Origin: Chrysomallon squamiferum
Lineage: Eukaryota > Animalia > Mollusca
Assembly: GCA_012295275.1 (NCBI GenBank)
Contig: CM022665.1
Location: 21,452,001-21,516,000 of the forward strand
DNA length: 64,000 nucleotides
Reading direction: 5' to 3'
This document shows positions 41,800 to 55,905 of the stretch, in pieces. Numbering within the stretch: the stretch's first letter is position 1; each line of letters begins with the position of its first letter. The notes beneath the pieces are model-generated. The model was not told where the DNA came from. It worked only from the letters and a program-made list of their open reading frames with translations, and did no database searches. Position numbers and translations under genes: made by a program.

Positions 41800-44087
41800 C
41801 TTTACATATGAACTTTGCAATTTTCACATGACCTGTCTTCTTGCGATGCATCCTGTGAGGACTCTCGCACTGGGCACCACTCATCACTATGGGGGGGGGG
41901 GCATAAAGATACTCTGACAGCCAGTACGGGTCACAGATTAACTGATTATGAGCAAGATGTCTGTAACAAAATGTTTTAAAAATGCCACCTTCAGTAACAT
42001 CATAAGACACATTTATAGTATCTACTAGTAGGGAAGGGATGTTATAAAGATTTTTTTTTGTAAATGTGTGATGAATGATTTAATATTATACTTTATTATA
42101 GTCACAGATAAATGGATTGCGACTATGATATCTGTAAAAAAAACATGTCACTTTAAATAATGTCTTAATACACACATTTAGTATCTATGTGTAGTGAAGT
42201 AGTAATTTAATATACTGTTACTGGTAATGATTAAATATTATATGATTGTGTGGTACTAACAATAACACAAATAAACAATAAAACAATTGTAAATTCCAAT
42301 TAAAAAGTATCAACACTCAGACGTTTACCTCAAAAACAATAAATTAATAATAATAATAAGAAGAAGAAATAGCTAATTAACTAAATAAATAAACAAATAA
42401 AATAAATAATAATATTTTTTTAAAGGTATCTGACAAAAAATACCATACAATACTTCATAAAAAACATATTTCAGAACCTCAAATAAATAGATTTTATATA
42501 CATATAAATTATAGATAGAGATATAGATCTAGGTATAGACAGATAGATAGCTACATAGATTACAAATGTACTAACTTCTGACAGTTCTATACAATATTGA
42601 ATTCATTTAACACTGAATTCAGTGAAAAGAAATAACTATATGTCAAATGCACATGTGTTCCAAAAGAGAAGATTACTCTCCATGTGTGTTAATTAAACAT
42701 GACAGTGATCTCATGGAAAATCAGACATCTAGAATCTTCATTATAAGTGATCAGTGAATGAAGAGATGATTTACAAGTGGAAGTTTTGTCTTCAAACTGC
42801 AACTTTTACCATTGCTAAAATTGTTACTTCAGTTCACCCTCTTTTCTGTAATATCTGTAGAGAAAGATATTTTTGTAAATAAGAAATAAAATGTGAAAAA
42901 AAACAACTCCTTAACTATTAATAATTATTATGCTGACTTATTTCAATATCAGTAATAATTATTATATTGACATAGTTCAGTATTAATAATAATTATTATA
43001 TTGACTTATTTCAATATTAATTATTATTACATGTATAATCATGTTCACTTATTTAAATCTTAATAATTATTAAGTACTACCATACTGACTTATTTCATTA
43101 TTAATAAATATTAGGTTACAATCATATCAGCAACTTGTATAAAAACATGAAAACAAAAAAATCAAAATCTGAAAAGAAACTTGCTGATTAAAACCTGCAA
43201 AAGTTTTTTTTTAAATCAGTCACCACAAACAGAAAGTTAACAAAACTTTTAATTAAAAAAATCTGTTTAAAAATAAAATAGCAAAGGACATGACAGTGTT
43301 TAGAAAACAAAAAAAAGAAAGGATAAATTCAGTATATAGTTGTGTATGCTGCACAACAACGATGCTTACAGCAGTTGTAAAGATGTAAGTTGAGAAGACC
43401 TGGTAGAAGGTCAGAAAACTTGTTATCGTAGAGAACTCTAAAAATAAACACATGTGGGTCAGTAAATACATGTTAGATAAGTAATAAATAATTAAAGACA
43501 TTAAGTGATAAACTAAATAATAAATAATTAAAGGCATGAAAAGGTAATGTAAATAACAGAATAGATATTTTAGATAACTAAGTGCATTTTACATTAATAA
43601 TAATAATTAGAAGCTTTAATAAAATAAGTATTTCAGGGCCAATCATTTTATTTAATAATTTTTAGAATTCTGTAGACAAACATTTTAATATCTGTATTGT
43701 ATTTATATTATTTGAAAATTCTGTAGACAAATATTTTAATATCTGGATTTTGTTTATTAAACTTTCAGAATTTTGCATACAACATTTTAATATCTGTATT
43801 TCATTATTAAACTTTCAGAATTTTGCAAACATACATTTTTATATGTGTATTTTATTATTAAACTTTGAGAAGTCTATAAACAAACATTTTAGTATCTGTA
43901 TTTAATCAGGTTTTCAAGTAACTGACACTCTTAAATGTATCCATATCTTTCCTGTAACACTTGCTTTTACTAAATAAGAAGGGAAGTTTAAATAAATAAA
44001 TAGGTTATCACTTACAAAGTCCTCAATGAATGCAGACCTGAGAAGGCATCCGATGCAATAATCAGTATCTGATTGCTACTCAGGTCC
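41800..44087 (-). pseudogene. slit: Slit fragment, LRR domain 2: exons 44087-44016, 43437-43370 and 41960-41800
   Basis: DLSSNQILIIASDAFSGLHSLRTL (acceptor mutated to CAT), VLYDNKFSDLLPGLL/LTSLQLL (68 nt, frameshifted) and HLAHNQLICDPYWLSEYLYAPPPIVMSGAQCESPHRMHRKKTGHVKIAKFICK. These match the Slit D2 LRRs and the LRRCT (SGARCESPKRMHRRRI). Confidence 0.85.
43660..43900. repeat. ~57-bp intronic minisatellite, 4-5 copies
   Basis: Repeated AGAATTCTGTAGACAAACATTTTAATATCTGTATT variants. Confidence 0.7.
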
Positions 44088-45552
44088 ATGTGAAATGCAC
44101 AAAAATAAATAAATAAATACAAAATTACAGTAAGAGAAATCTAAACACCCTGCCTTTATAATCATACAACAAAATGCCTTTCATTTATCAAAATTAAATC
44201 AGTGCAGAATGTACTCATTCACAAGAGAGAGGTGCAATCAATTACTGTAAAATGATAACGAAACTTGAGAAAATGCATTAAAGGTCGTATTTAGTAAATA
44301 TAAATGTTAAAAGCAAATTGATCACGTGTTATTTGAATGATTGCATTGATACCTACATTATAAATTATAATGCTTGATACCAGTTTTAGAACAGAAAACT
44401 AAAAAAAAAAAAAAAAAAAGTTAAAAATTAATGTTTCGCTCTTTTTCCTTAAAAAAAAAAAAAAAAAAATTAAAAAGTACATTCCCTTTTTTTTTTTTTT
44501 TTTTTTATTAAATTTTCAGAATAGAATAAACAGATATTATAAATTTGATTTTCCTGAAAAGGATCTACTGAGCTACCGAACAATATGTCCGATGCGGAAT
44601 AATATATAACAAACACCATATTTATTAAATAAATTGCATTATATATCTGAAATTTTATTTCTGCTATAGTTCTGAAACCCATATACTTTATTTTATAATA
44701 AAAATGAATATATTTTATATCTTAGAAGTTTAAACAATTATTGAAATTGCGAACTATTTGTTTGAAAGAACTGACGTGCGATAAACTGCTCGATGGAGTT
44801 TTTGTTCGCGGATTTCACAGCGGCTGGAATTGTTCGCTGCTTTTATTTCAGATGTTGGCAAATTAAAGTAAGCAAACCTTTTACATGAAATAAATATTCG
44901 ATAAAATTAATAATAGTGGCTACTCTGTTATAACTTAGAGAAAAAAAGGTCACCCAAATAATATTTTTGGGGCGATTAACCCATAACAAATTTGGAAACC
45001 TGGCGACTGGCTATTTCAAATCCTGCATATTATCTGTCATACTAAGAAATCTGTTTTGTAATATAAATTGTTATTTTAAAACTGTTTAAATATTTCAGTC
45101 AGAACATGTAACTAATTACATCTTTTGATAACTTTTAATATTTTATGACATTAGCTGTTACATATTTCTTCATTATGCTGAGATGATACAATTTTAAATT
45201 TAAAATTTTCATATTTCATTTTAACTGTAGCAAGTTTTTAAATGTAACTCTATGTTACACGGTATGCTGGTATTCAGCTGAGTCGTTCCCATGTTTTATT
45301 TTTCAGGTTTAATCATTAATATTTCACACAGCTGTTAAATGTTTCCTTTTAAATTTAATGTTCATCTACATTATGTTTCATATTTTATACTATGTGTATA
45401 TATCTCAGTTTAAACATCTCAGTTTTTTCTGTGTTCAGTATTTCAGAAACTGACTGTTGTTGCTGAAAGTGGAAATCTTTCTTCAACATTCTTATTTTTA
45501 TTTGCTGCTGGTGATACGATGTCACCTGTATTTAAACTGAACAATCATTCAT

Positions 45553-48311
45553 GGCCATCCTGCTGATGATGGTGTTCCAGGTAGAAAATCATTTCCAGGT
45601 GAAAAATATAACCATGCTTCCCTGGACAGTGAGGTAAGTGTGTCATATATATAAATAAACAAAAAATCAGAACTGACAGAAATTGTATACCATAATCCGT
45701 TTTCTAATGATACTACTAATACTATTAGTTTCCAGCATTTACCAAACTGTAACATGTTTTATATACAAAAATAGCAATATCCTTTAAAATGTTAAACAAA
45801 ATTTTTATTTATTTTTTCACTTTTAAACAAAATGTTATTTTATTGTTTCAGTTTTAAACAGGAGAACCAGATATGTATTAAACAGTTATGGCTTTTGATG
45901 TTTTATTATTTTAATTTTTTAATGGTAATCTTGAAATAAACCCTACAAAAATTTTATTTAAAAAGAATAAGGAATGTTACATTGAAAGGGATAAAAATAA
46001 AACTTTTTGATTATTTAAATATGTTTTTCGAACATTTCAATGGCCCAAGAAGTGACACTGGAACTTCATTAATAGTTCTAATCTTGATCACTATCTGATG
46101 ATGTGTTACTTGGTAACAGTGAAAAGAAAATACATTTAAACCATTTTTTATTTATAAACTTTCAGGTTATAAATCATATTTCATGGTCTGTGTTTTCAGA
46201 ATAAATCTAAACAACATATTTGTTTTTAAAATGTTTGTAATAATTACTTATTTATACTTTTTGCCATGAAGCATTGTTTTGAAAGTAAACCAAAATGTAG
46301 GAAAGAAGTATATGTATGAATTGAATGTTTATATTTGAATCAGTTGTTGAGTTATATACCATCTGCAGTTGTGTGTCAAGGTTTGAAAACTGACATTATT
46401 TTTAAAAAAAATTTAAACTGTAAAAAAACCTAACAGTTACTGAATACAAGTCTGGTTTAAGAGAAAACTTTAACATCTTTTAATCTAGACAAGCAGCATG
46501 TCTTTTACAAGTAACTGTCAAATTAAGACTATTAAAAAAATACCCAGTTAATTGATACCTGAATAATAAAATTGTATTTCTGTCTGTTACAGATTATGAC
46601 AGTTTTTCAGGTAAAAAAGGTGAAGCTGGTTAACCTGGAGAACTTGGTATCTATGGAGATCCTGTGGCACATGGTGTTCTGGTCTACCAGGTTTTCTGGT
46701 GTTTCTGGTAATCCAGGTCGTGGTTTCTTGTGTACTGGGTGTGTTGATTAGCAAACTGCAGGAATATACAAGACATAGGTTGGCTGCTCACTTGTTTGTG
46801 TCATGGGCAGGATTTGGGTAATTGAGCTATCTTAATTTATTAAACTTATGACTTAGTTTCATGTTCTAATGTTATCAAAACTGAAGGTTGAAATAGAGGC
46901 ATTGATTTTCTTTTTTAGTATTTGATATAAAAAAATTAAAAAAAATTAAAAAAATGTTTTCTTTAAACTCATTTGAAGCACAAGATTATAAGTATGTTAC
47001 AAAAAAAATCGGTTCCAATATGCCAATATGCCAGATAGAGCATTAAGAATCTAACAAAATGAGACCCCAAATTGCCAAATTTTTTAAATATCTTGGAAAA
47101 TTGAAGGAGTTATGGCAATTTCAGACGCTGTACCAATTTGCATATATTTTTATAAAAAAAAATCATTCACCTACTAAGCCTACTTGGATGACTTTGTAAG
47201 GCAAATTTTAAACTTATTTCACAAGAATATTGGAGATGCTTATGATTAATTACTTAATAGAAATTAAATTTTCGAAAGCAAGGATACATAGAAATGTTTA
47301 CAGAACATCATCAAAAAAGATTTATGCTCAGAAATCTATTTATAGGCTATCAGCAGGCCATTTTCTGATGGTCCTCTCCCCATCCGCTGCTACTAGAGAA
47401 CAGTATTATCAGTGATATTGGAAAAGCTGAGATAGTAGAAAGTGTGTAATTGTAACATTGTTACAGTATATTTTAAAAATTTTAGCTTTTCTCAGGATAC
47501 ACATTTATTGAATGAGAAAATGGTTTAGGTATTACAAACAAATAGAAAGACTATTCTAACTAACAGTAAAAAGATAAACATTACACTGCAGGTAGTGCTG
47601 TGAGCTGTTTGAGAAGATTTACAACCATGTTTTTATGTTCTGCAACATCAACAATGTGTGCACCACAGCATCACAGAATGATTAAAGTTACTGTCAACAC
47701 TGGAGCCAGTGTTGATGATGTTGGTGATGATGATGATGAATCCAGTGAAGGGTGAACAGACAGGCAGACATTAGCAGTTTGTGAATCTCCAGAGCCTGTA
47801 AGTCCTCCCTTGTACTCATTTTTATAACTCATTAAAATTTAATCATGAATATTCATATTTGTATTTGATTTCCATTGTTTTAGATAGGTAACTGTGACTA
47901 CTATATAATATTTTTAATATTTAGAAGTATTCAATATATAATCATTATTTGTTTGTGAATACATATTCCGTGTAAGATTTTTTATTATAATCATAAATTT
48001 GAATTTTTGTAATGTTTATTAATTTAATATTTATTGACAGGAATTAATTTTTAATTTTGAATTAACATTCAATATTTATTGATATGATTTAAATATTTAT
48101 ATTTACATATTATGCAATATGTTTTTAAATATGGTATTTAAAATTAAAATATGGAGTTTGTTTTTTCACAAATATTAGTATTGTAATGTTTTAATTATTA
48201 CTTCCCTTACTTTAAGATTTTTTTTCTCACAGGTTTTACTGTACACAGTCAGACATTGCTGAATCCAGAGTGTTCACTGGTCTGGTGTGGATTATGGACT
48301 GTTTTGCCATG
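45553..48311 (+). pseudogene. Collagen type IV alpha fragment: exons ~45553-45633, 46593-46778, 47592-47797 and 48233-48311
   Basis: Decayed Gly-X-Y (GKKGEAG*PGELGIYGDP..GNPGRGFL) followed by NC1 motifs QDI-G|SAVSCLRRFTTM..FCNINNVCTTASQND*SY..AVCESP and TVHSQTLLNPECSLVWCGLWT..FAM, with GT-AG borders, stops and frameshifts. Confidence 0.85.
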
Positions 48312-49176
48312 GTAAATTTGAAATAAGTTGGTTTACTGCTAAAAAGTTTTAATCATAAAGTTACGAAGGAAAAAAAACAACAAAAGACAACACAACCTAA
48401 AAACCTCTCCAGTTTTATAAATACTTTAATCCAAGGTTTAAATTAATTTCAAGTTGGAGAAACAAATCCGTTTCCCCATCAAAATATTTCCATGTTATTA
48501 CTGAATTTGTTATTATTCTTAATATTTTAATTCTTTTTCTCATCTGTAGGAACTTAGAAGTTAGGCAAATGAATTTCTTCTCTTTTTTTTTTGTGGGGGG
48601 ACATCCCTAGACACCCTCTTTGTCTTTTCAAAGATGTAACAGAAATGATCTCTGGCTTCATTAATGGAAATGTTGGTGGATTTCATAGAAATGTTGTCAT
48701 GGTGTTTTTAATTCTGCAGCAAAATTAATTATAGTTCCCTGCATTACCTCTCTTTCAGGGAATGATATTTCATTTAATCAGAAATTAAAGTTTTAATGTT
48801 TTAAATAAAAACAATTTAAGAAAATTTATTTTACTATAATTTTGCTACAATGATATAAAAGCTTATGACTAAAAATCACGACTAAAAAATTACCTTGTAA
48901 AATTACTGAATACTTTCATTATGTTGTTTTAAAAACCATACAAATGCAAACTTGACTTCAGTGAATGAACTGTTTTATATTCTTAAAAGAAAAACATTTA
49001 AGTATTTTAATTGATGCAGTATTTCTCTCTAGAAGCAAAATAAAAGAAACTATCATATATTAATATTGTTATTAATATAATATTTTTTATTTTTTGTTAT
49101 TATTTTTTTTTATTAAAAAATCTTGATGAAATTAATAAATTGTAAATTGTTTCAAGATTATTAATATCTTGTGCAG

Positions 49177-49298
49177 GTAGCTGTTCCATATCTGACAGGT
49201 ACAATCTCCATGGTGACCAGTACACTCATACAGGTGAACTAAGAAAAAAGGGAGGTAATTCATCAGGTCACATTGTGGCATGCGTCAAGAATCTGTGA
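49177..49298 (+). pseudogene. Possible USP (peptidase C19) His-box exon remnant
   Basis: After TGCAG| it reads GSCSISDRYNLHGDQYTHTGELRKKGGNSSGHIVACVKNL*, resembling YxLxxVxxHxG...GHYxAxVK. Confidence 0.25.
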
Positions 49299-50072
49299 TA
49301 TGAAACATTGGTTTTACACTTTTCATGCAGAATTCCAGGACATCATGTACACTTGTTTACATGCTCCTTCCAAACAAAACTCTAGGCACATATGTCTCAG
49401 TCTTTCAACTGTTGAAAATTGAAGCAGAAAGAAACTTCAACGTGAAGCCACAGATTATCCACACTTAATACATTTTTATTTTTATTAATATTAATTTCTT
49501 TTTTAATTTAATAATATAAATATTTACACAAAAATTCAGTAAATAAATGGGGCGTTATTTATGTATTTTTTTAATTATTATTTAAATTTTTGGCGACACG
49601 TTAATAAACATCCTTTTTTGGTTTTATTTGTAGAGTTCATAACAGAGATGCTGCTGTGGTCCTGGTGGTTTGCACCCAGCATATTCAAAACAACAAACAG
49701 CAGCTTCAGTTCTGAGTGGTTACATTTTTGCTCATATTTTTAATGTTAAAAATACAAAACACAACAGAGGTTAGCGGCTCATTTGTTGTTATTACAGATT
49801 AGCAGTACACATAACAACAGCACACTGACAAAAGAATGCTGATAAAAGTGCTTATGTCTGTGTGTCCTTAATATATACAGATCTAAACAAAATAAGTGTG
49901 ATTTTGATCCACATTTAATCCTGGCACAAAAGGAATCTATGATAGGTTTTGACAATATCGTGAACCACTGTCAAAACTTATTTGTGATCATGAAATTTAA
50001 AATAAAAGCATGGCTACAAAGGAATCCCCACATGACAGCACAGCCCTTTTAGAAAACAATTTACCATAAAGC

Positions 50073-50585
50073 TTGATAGAAGATTACTCCTCAACAAAAA
50101 GGGAGTTTACCTACCAGAAGGGTCAGTTGAATAAATCTGTGGATGGATTTATTTATCAATTTGTCAGAAGCTTAAGTAGCAGAAATGGTTTTTGGCGCAG
50201 TACTTCAAAAAAATGTCCAGATTGGATACAATTCAATGATAATCAAGTGACAAATATAACAGTGCACAGTCATGTACTAAATGTGGCTGAAATTCAAGTG
50301 AAGCAGTGTCTTATCTACAATTCAACAGAGATCTACAATGTCTCAAGATACACTGTGACTTTTGACTCAGCAACAGCAAGCTGTTCTTTTACAACAAGCT
50401 GTTGCTCAACTTCTGAAATCCACTGAAAGACTGACTGAGAAGAAATGGAAGTTGGATGGTGAATCTGTGTCCAATCCAAGAACTGTCAGTGAAATCAACA
50501 TTCCAGAAATGCTGAAAAAAAACTATGAGAGGAGACAAATTTCTGCTACATGATTCTGAAGTATTCTTCATCTTTGGAACTAATG
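50073..50585 (+). mobile_element. MULE/Mutator transposase remnant (FLYWCH-like N-terminus)
   Basis: KGQLNKSVDGFIY..NGFWRSTSKKCP..VHSH, then after frameshifts PRTVSEINIPEMLKK and GDKFLLHDSEVFFIFGT, typical of the pre-catalytic region of animal MULE transposases. Confidence 0.6.
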
Positions 50586-52099
50586 TTTCTTAAATGATAA
50601 TTAAAATAATAATAGTAATAATAAATATTTAATTGTTGGCACATTTTTGTTTTGCCTGCTTATGTCATTCCACCCATAACAACACACACCTCATAATTTT
50701 CTCAGAATTGTTTTTTTTTAAATATATTTTGTACTTGTTTATTTATGTATTTCGTTGGGCTTTTGAATTTTTAAATTACTTTTATTAATTTTATTTATTG
50801 TTATTGTTATTTATTTTTTCATTTTTATTTTACTTTTATTTTTAAATTTATTTAATTATTTTGTTTGTTGTTACAGTTATTAATATTTGTTTAAATTAAA
50901 TAGAATTTATTTCAGATAAACTTTTTAAATGTTACTATTGAGGATCAGCTGTATCGGAGCAGTGCTGGAGAAAATAAAATTTCATGCTATCTCTGATCAC
51001 ATGAAAACAGGAAAACTTTCTCCACTGTTTTCGTTAATACAACAGCATTAACTGACTATTCATTACATGTAGATTTTTTTCAAGCACTGTATCTAAAAAG
51101 ATTAATATGAAGCGAGTAAAAACATGATATGAACATAAATTCAGATGAGACATTCAGATAAAAAGACGATTGTATTCTTTTTTTTTTAAATATTTATTTA
51201 TTTTTTTTTTTGCTTTGAATATAGATAGATAAATAGATATACAGATATTATTTATTTTTTATTATTACCTTTTAGGTATCATTTGTTTGTAGTTTCTTTT
51301 TAATTAATTTTTATGTTTTTTCTTTAAATTTATTATTATTATGATTTTTTTTAAATTCCTTCAAAATCAGTAATCTAAACAATCCAATATCAGATCAGCC
51401 CAGGAGACAGCCTGCTACTCTGAGCTGATAAAAACAGTTGAAGAATTTTGTCTGAAATATTGAGTCAGATATGAGAAGTCAGCCATTGTCCAGAAAGTGA
51501 GTGAATTTGTTTGAGCATACCTTTAGATTTAGTAACTGTAGTACATATTAATGTTTTAAATGAAACATTTATACATTAAAAACAAGAAAGTGAATGTTAC
51601 TTTGTAAATTTATATAGATCCATACTTCAAATTTGATTTATTCAAACTTGTGTTAAAGTCAGATGAACCCCTGTCAATACTTTAGATAACATTTAAATAA
51701 CATTTTGCTTTTGTTTCCAATGAATGAAACGATTATCAATGATAAATCTTAATTTTTTAAGTAAACTATATATTTTTTAAACTATATTTGCTGACAAGAA
51801 AAATGCCAAATAATTAAGTCACAACCCATCTCATTTGAATCACATCTAACCTTCATTTTACATGGCAAATTGTACAGTGCACATAAATATAGTTAATCAA
51901 ACTGAATATTATTTTTATTTTAATCGCAACTTTTACATTTTTTATTTTCGTTCAGGGTCTTTTATTATGAACTTGGTTTGAGAATGAAAGGAAACATGTG
52001 AGAAGTAAACAGAAGATAAACATCTCCACAACAACTATGAAGAATTGAATGCTAGGAGAATACTGAACGTACAAATCCACTAATCTTTATATGACAGTT

Positions 52100-55000
52100 A
52101 CTGCAGTTTATTTACTTTGAATACACTTGCTTTTGACAACGGTCAATTTGGAATTTTTGGATTTTCCTGTACATTGTCCACAAAACCTACTGATCTAAAT
52201 GGTAGCATAATAACAATAACAGATTCTATATAATATCCTCAATATACAGAGTCCACTTGATTATACTCTAAACTATTTATATTGTTAATTCCCCTTAGAA
52301 AAATATCACTGGTTTCTTATGACAAAGAATGAGATCGAGGAACAGTCATGTTGACACATGTTTTAATTACATATTTTCATGGAAAATAAAATATATTAAA
52401 GCATTTGGTTTGCACTGCCTTGAGTTCACTCTAGTAAGATAGCCTCTTGTAAATGTGTGTTGTTCATTGTAGAAATCTTTAACAAGAAATAAAATTGTTT
52501 CGGCGGGAACAAAAGTTGCTGTTAGACATAATATAAATGACCCATCGAAATGTATATCGATCAAATCAGAAGAAGTCTACATTAACATAATAGGTTATAA
52601 ACATATACAGCAATGTATTCAAAGTAATAATAAAGGTAACTACTGTTTGTTGACTGGTAGAATTTTCTTGAACAATTTTATGATAAACTACCATGTTATA
52701 CATGACGACTTTTGTAAGTTATTTCATTCAACAGTTTGGTAATTTTTAAAACCTATTTGTTTTCAGAATGATAACTTGTACAAAATATTGTTTTAGTGTT
52801 GTTCATTGTAGAAATATTTAAAAAGAAATAAAATAGTTTGAAAAAATAAAAATTTCCTTTTCAGTACAATGATATATTTGTATGTCATTTCCATTATCAT
52901 CACCATCTTAATTACTATTATTATTATGATATGTACTTATTTATTTATTAAAATTATTATTATTAGTAGTAGTAGTAGTGTTTTACATTTCTGTATAAGA
53001 TTTAACTTCCTTCGAACAACCTGGATTTGTTTTGCTGTTATCATATTTTATTATTAAAGCTTTTGGTCTGCATTGCCATGTGTTCACTCTAGTAAAATCA
53101 TTACTTGTAACTTTACGATGTACATAATTATAGAGTAATATAATTATCCGTTAACCACCGGCCCTCTTTAACAGCATACAAACATTTATAAGAAATGAAT
53201 AGATTTACATGCAAGACCCCACAGTACAAAGCATTCATGACCCATTGAAATGTATATCTCTCAAATCAGTAGAAGTCTACTTTAACATAATAGGTTATAA
53301 ATATATACAGCAGTGTACTCAAAGCAATAATAAAGGTAACTACTGGTGTTCAGTCAAGTGTGTTGACTGGTAGAATTAATTCTTGAACAGTTTTATGATA
53401 AGCAACCACGTTATGCATAACACTATTACAACTTATTTCATTGAACAGTTTGGCCGTTTTTAAATCCTATTTATTTTCAGAATCATAAATTGTACAAAAT
53501 ATTATTTTAGTGTTGTTCATTGTAGAAATCTTTAACAAGAAATAAAATCGTTTGAATAAAATAAAAATGTGTTCAGTAGAATTATATATTTGTATCATTT
53601 CCATCATCATCACCATCATAATTATTGTTGTTGTTGTTATTATTATTCTGAATTGCGCTCATATTAAGATCAGATAACTACATAAAATCAGCTCAGAAAT
53701 ACCAGTGTTCAGTAGAAAATGATCTTTGGGCCCCACCCCTCAAGCTACGCCCTGTGCACGTGCGATACTTGATACACCTTACATACATTATTGAGTATTA
53801 TTGGTGTGTATGTGTGTATGAGTATATATGCATGTATGTACATGTGCATGTGTGTATATGTATGAATGTTTGCATGTTTATGTATTTGTGTGTGTATGTA
53901 TGTATATATGTACGTATGTCTGTGTATGAATGCATGTACATATGTATGTACCGACGTATGTATGTGTATAGGCCTATGTATGTGCATTTGTATGTATGAA
54001 TGTGTGTACGTATGTGTGTATGTGCATGCATGTATGTATGTATGTATATATTTAATATTCTATATTACATAACCAAGCCAGATAACTTTATGTTTGTTTG
54101 TTTGTTAAGATCAGATAACTTTTCAATCGAGTTTAATAGACAGTGCTCCGTGAACCCCGCCCCTGAAGCTACGCCCTGGGCACGTGCGATATTTGATGTA
54201 CCTTCTTTGTTAAATAAGTAAAAAGAAAAAAGAAAACATTAAGAAAAATAAGTCTGTAAGCGGTATTAGTCTATAACTTAGAACATTTAGAAATGTTACT
54301 AATGTGATTGAGAGCATAAGTATATCTTACTCTGTATTTAAGAAAAAGAAAAAAGAAATAGAAAATATAAATAAATAAATAATGTTTGAGGCTAAGTTAT
54401 AAGACTTTTCTCATTTTTTAATTTATTTGTTTCTTCTTCTTTTTATAAGAAACCTGTGATATTTTTCTACGGGGCGGTAACAAAAGCTTCTGTTAGACAC
54501 AATATAAACGGTTTACAGTTTTGCAAGTCTCCTCTGTGTTTTCAGAATATCGTCAATAATCTGTTTTTGGAATTGTGCCACCATTTAGATCAGTTTTATT
54601 CGTGTCAAAGTTGGTTTTATGGACAATGTACAGGAAAATCGAAAAATTCCAAATCAACCGCAGTTTAACAGCAAACGTATTCAAACAAATTAAATTGCAG
54701 TAACTGTAATATAAATGAAGATTAGTGTTATTCTTACTGTAATAAAAGTAATATATTTTAATATTATTATATTTTATGCGTGGCAAATTAGTCCACTGAG
54801 TATTATGTACATGAAAATATTACAAATATTTATATTTGTTTATCAGAAAATCTTTCTAGATTTATGAAACGAGAGTTAAAGTAATAAAAATGGAATTATA
54901 ATAACAACATCTAGAAAATGTTTATTCAAGTATGAGTTTGTCTTATTAAGGCTTAAGAAAGTTCACCATGTAAACAATATACCTAGTTGTAGTACTATTA

Positions 55001-55770
55001 ATATTTAGTTAACTAGGATATAAATAAATAAAATGAAGTGAAATGAAATGAAATAAAATAAAATAAAATGAGATTTTTCCGTATCAGTGGTTCAATGGAA
55101 AGTCGCCATGTTTATGACACTTTGTACAGGTAATTTGAGTCACGTGATCGTTACCACGCAGAGAAAACCTACATATGTTTTGTTTTCTCTTTTTAACATA
55201 TTGATGTGTTTGAGTCGTTCTTTACAGAAATAATTTGATTAGGAATTTCGGTAAGTTGATAAACATCTTAATAACAGTTTTCTATATCCAGTAATCAGAT
55301 ATTTATGTCTGTAAATACGCTGATTTTTTCAAACAGATTCTAACATTACTTCCTCTTTGTAAATTTTATATCAAATATTGAAGTGGTTTTATTCGATTCA
55401 AACACTCCAGTAAAAGGAACATGGACCTTACATTTAGTTAAATAGCTTATTAACATGACAGTTTATGAGATAATGATTACGTTTTAACCTGTTTTACCAC
55501 ATTCAGATAACAGAAAAAACGCCCTTCTTTTGTATTTGTTACGAGCGACAACGAAAAGGTCACAAATATTGACCCGTTTGTGTCGCCCATTCTTGAATAT
55601 CGTTCTCAGTAACAGTTAAAAGTTAAAGACAACGTGCTAAAACAAATATTTAAAATTAGTAGTTTTATGTTGCTGTATATTATAAAATATTTCCTTCTTT
55701 CAGTTTCTATTTTTGGTTGTTGTTTTTTTGTTATGAAACTGAAACTTGTGTGAACGAAAATATTTCCGGG
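52100..55770 (+). repeat. Further copies of the duplicated block (52960-54120) and the AT-rich module (54450-55770)
   Basis: Direct similarity to 4380-5600 and 11000-12060. hAT-like ends GCTACGCCCTG at 53744-53754 and 54168-54178 are each followed by GCACGTGCGATA. Confidence 0.8.
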
Positions 55771-55810
55771 AACGTTCGAGAACTGTGCACATAATTATTT
55801 ACTATTAAAT

Positions 55811-55905
55811 ATGGAGATTAAATTGTATTTGATTTACATATTTACTGATCTTTTGTTATTATTATTATTTGTTGTTTTCTTTGTTAACTCTGGCTGCTTG
55901 TCAAG
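55811..55905 (+). other. Possible signal-peptide exon of the second micro-exon locus
   Basis: ATG at 55811 and a hydrophobic run ending at donor CAAG|GTAATT. The ATG frame (MEIKLYLIYIFTDLLLLLLFVVFFVNSGCLS) ends in phase 2. The phase-1 frame (..LLFSLLTLAACQ-G) lacks an in-frame ATG. Confidence 0.25.
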
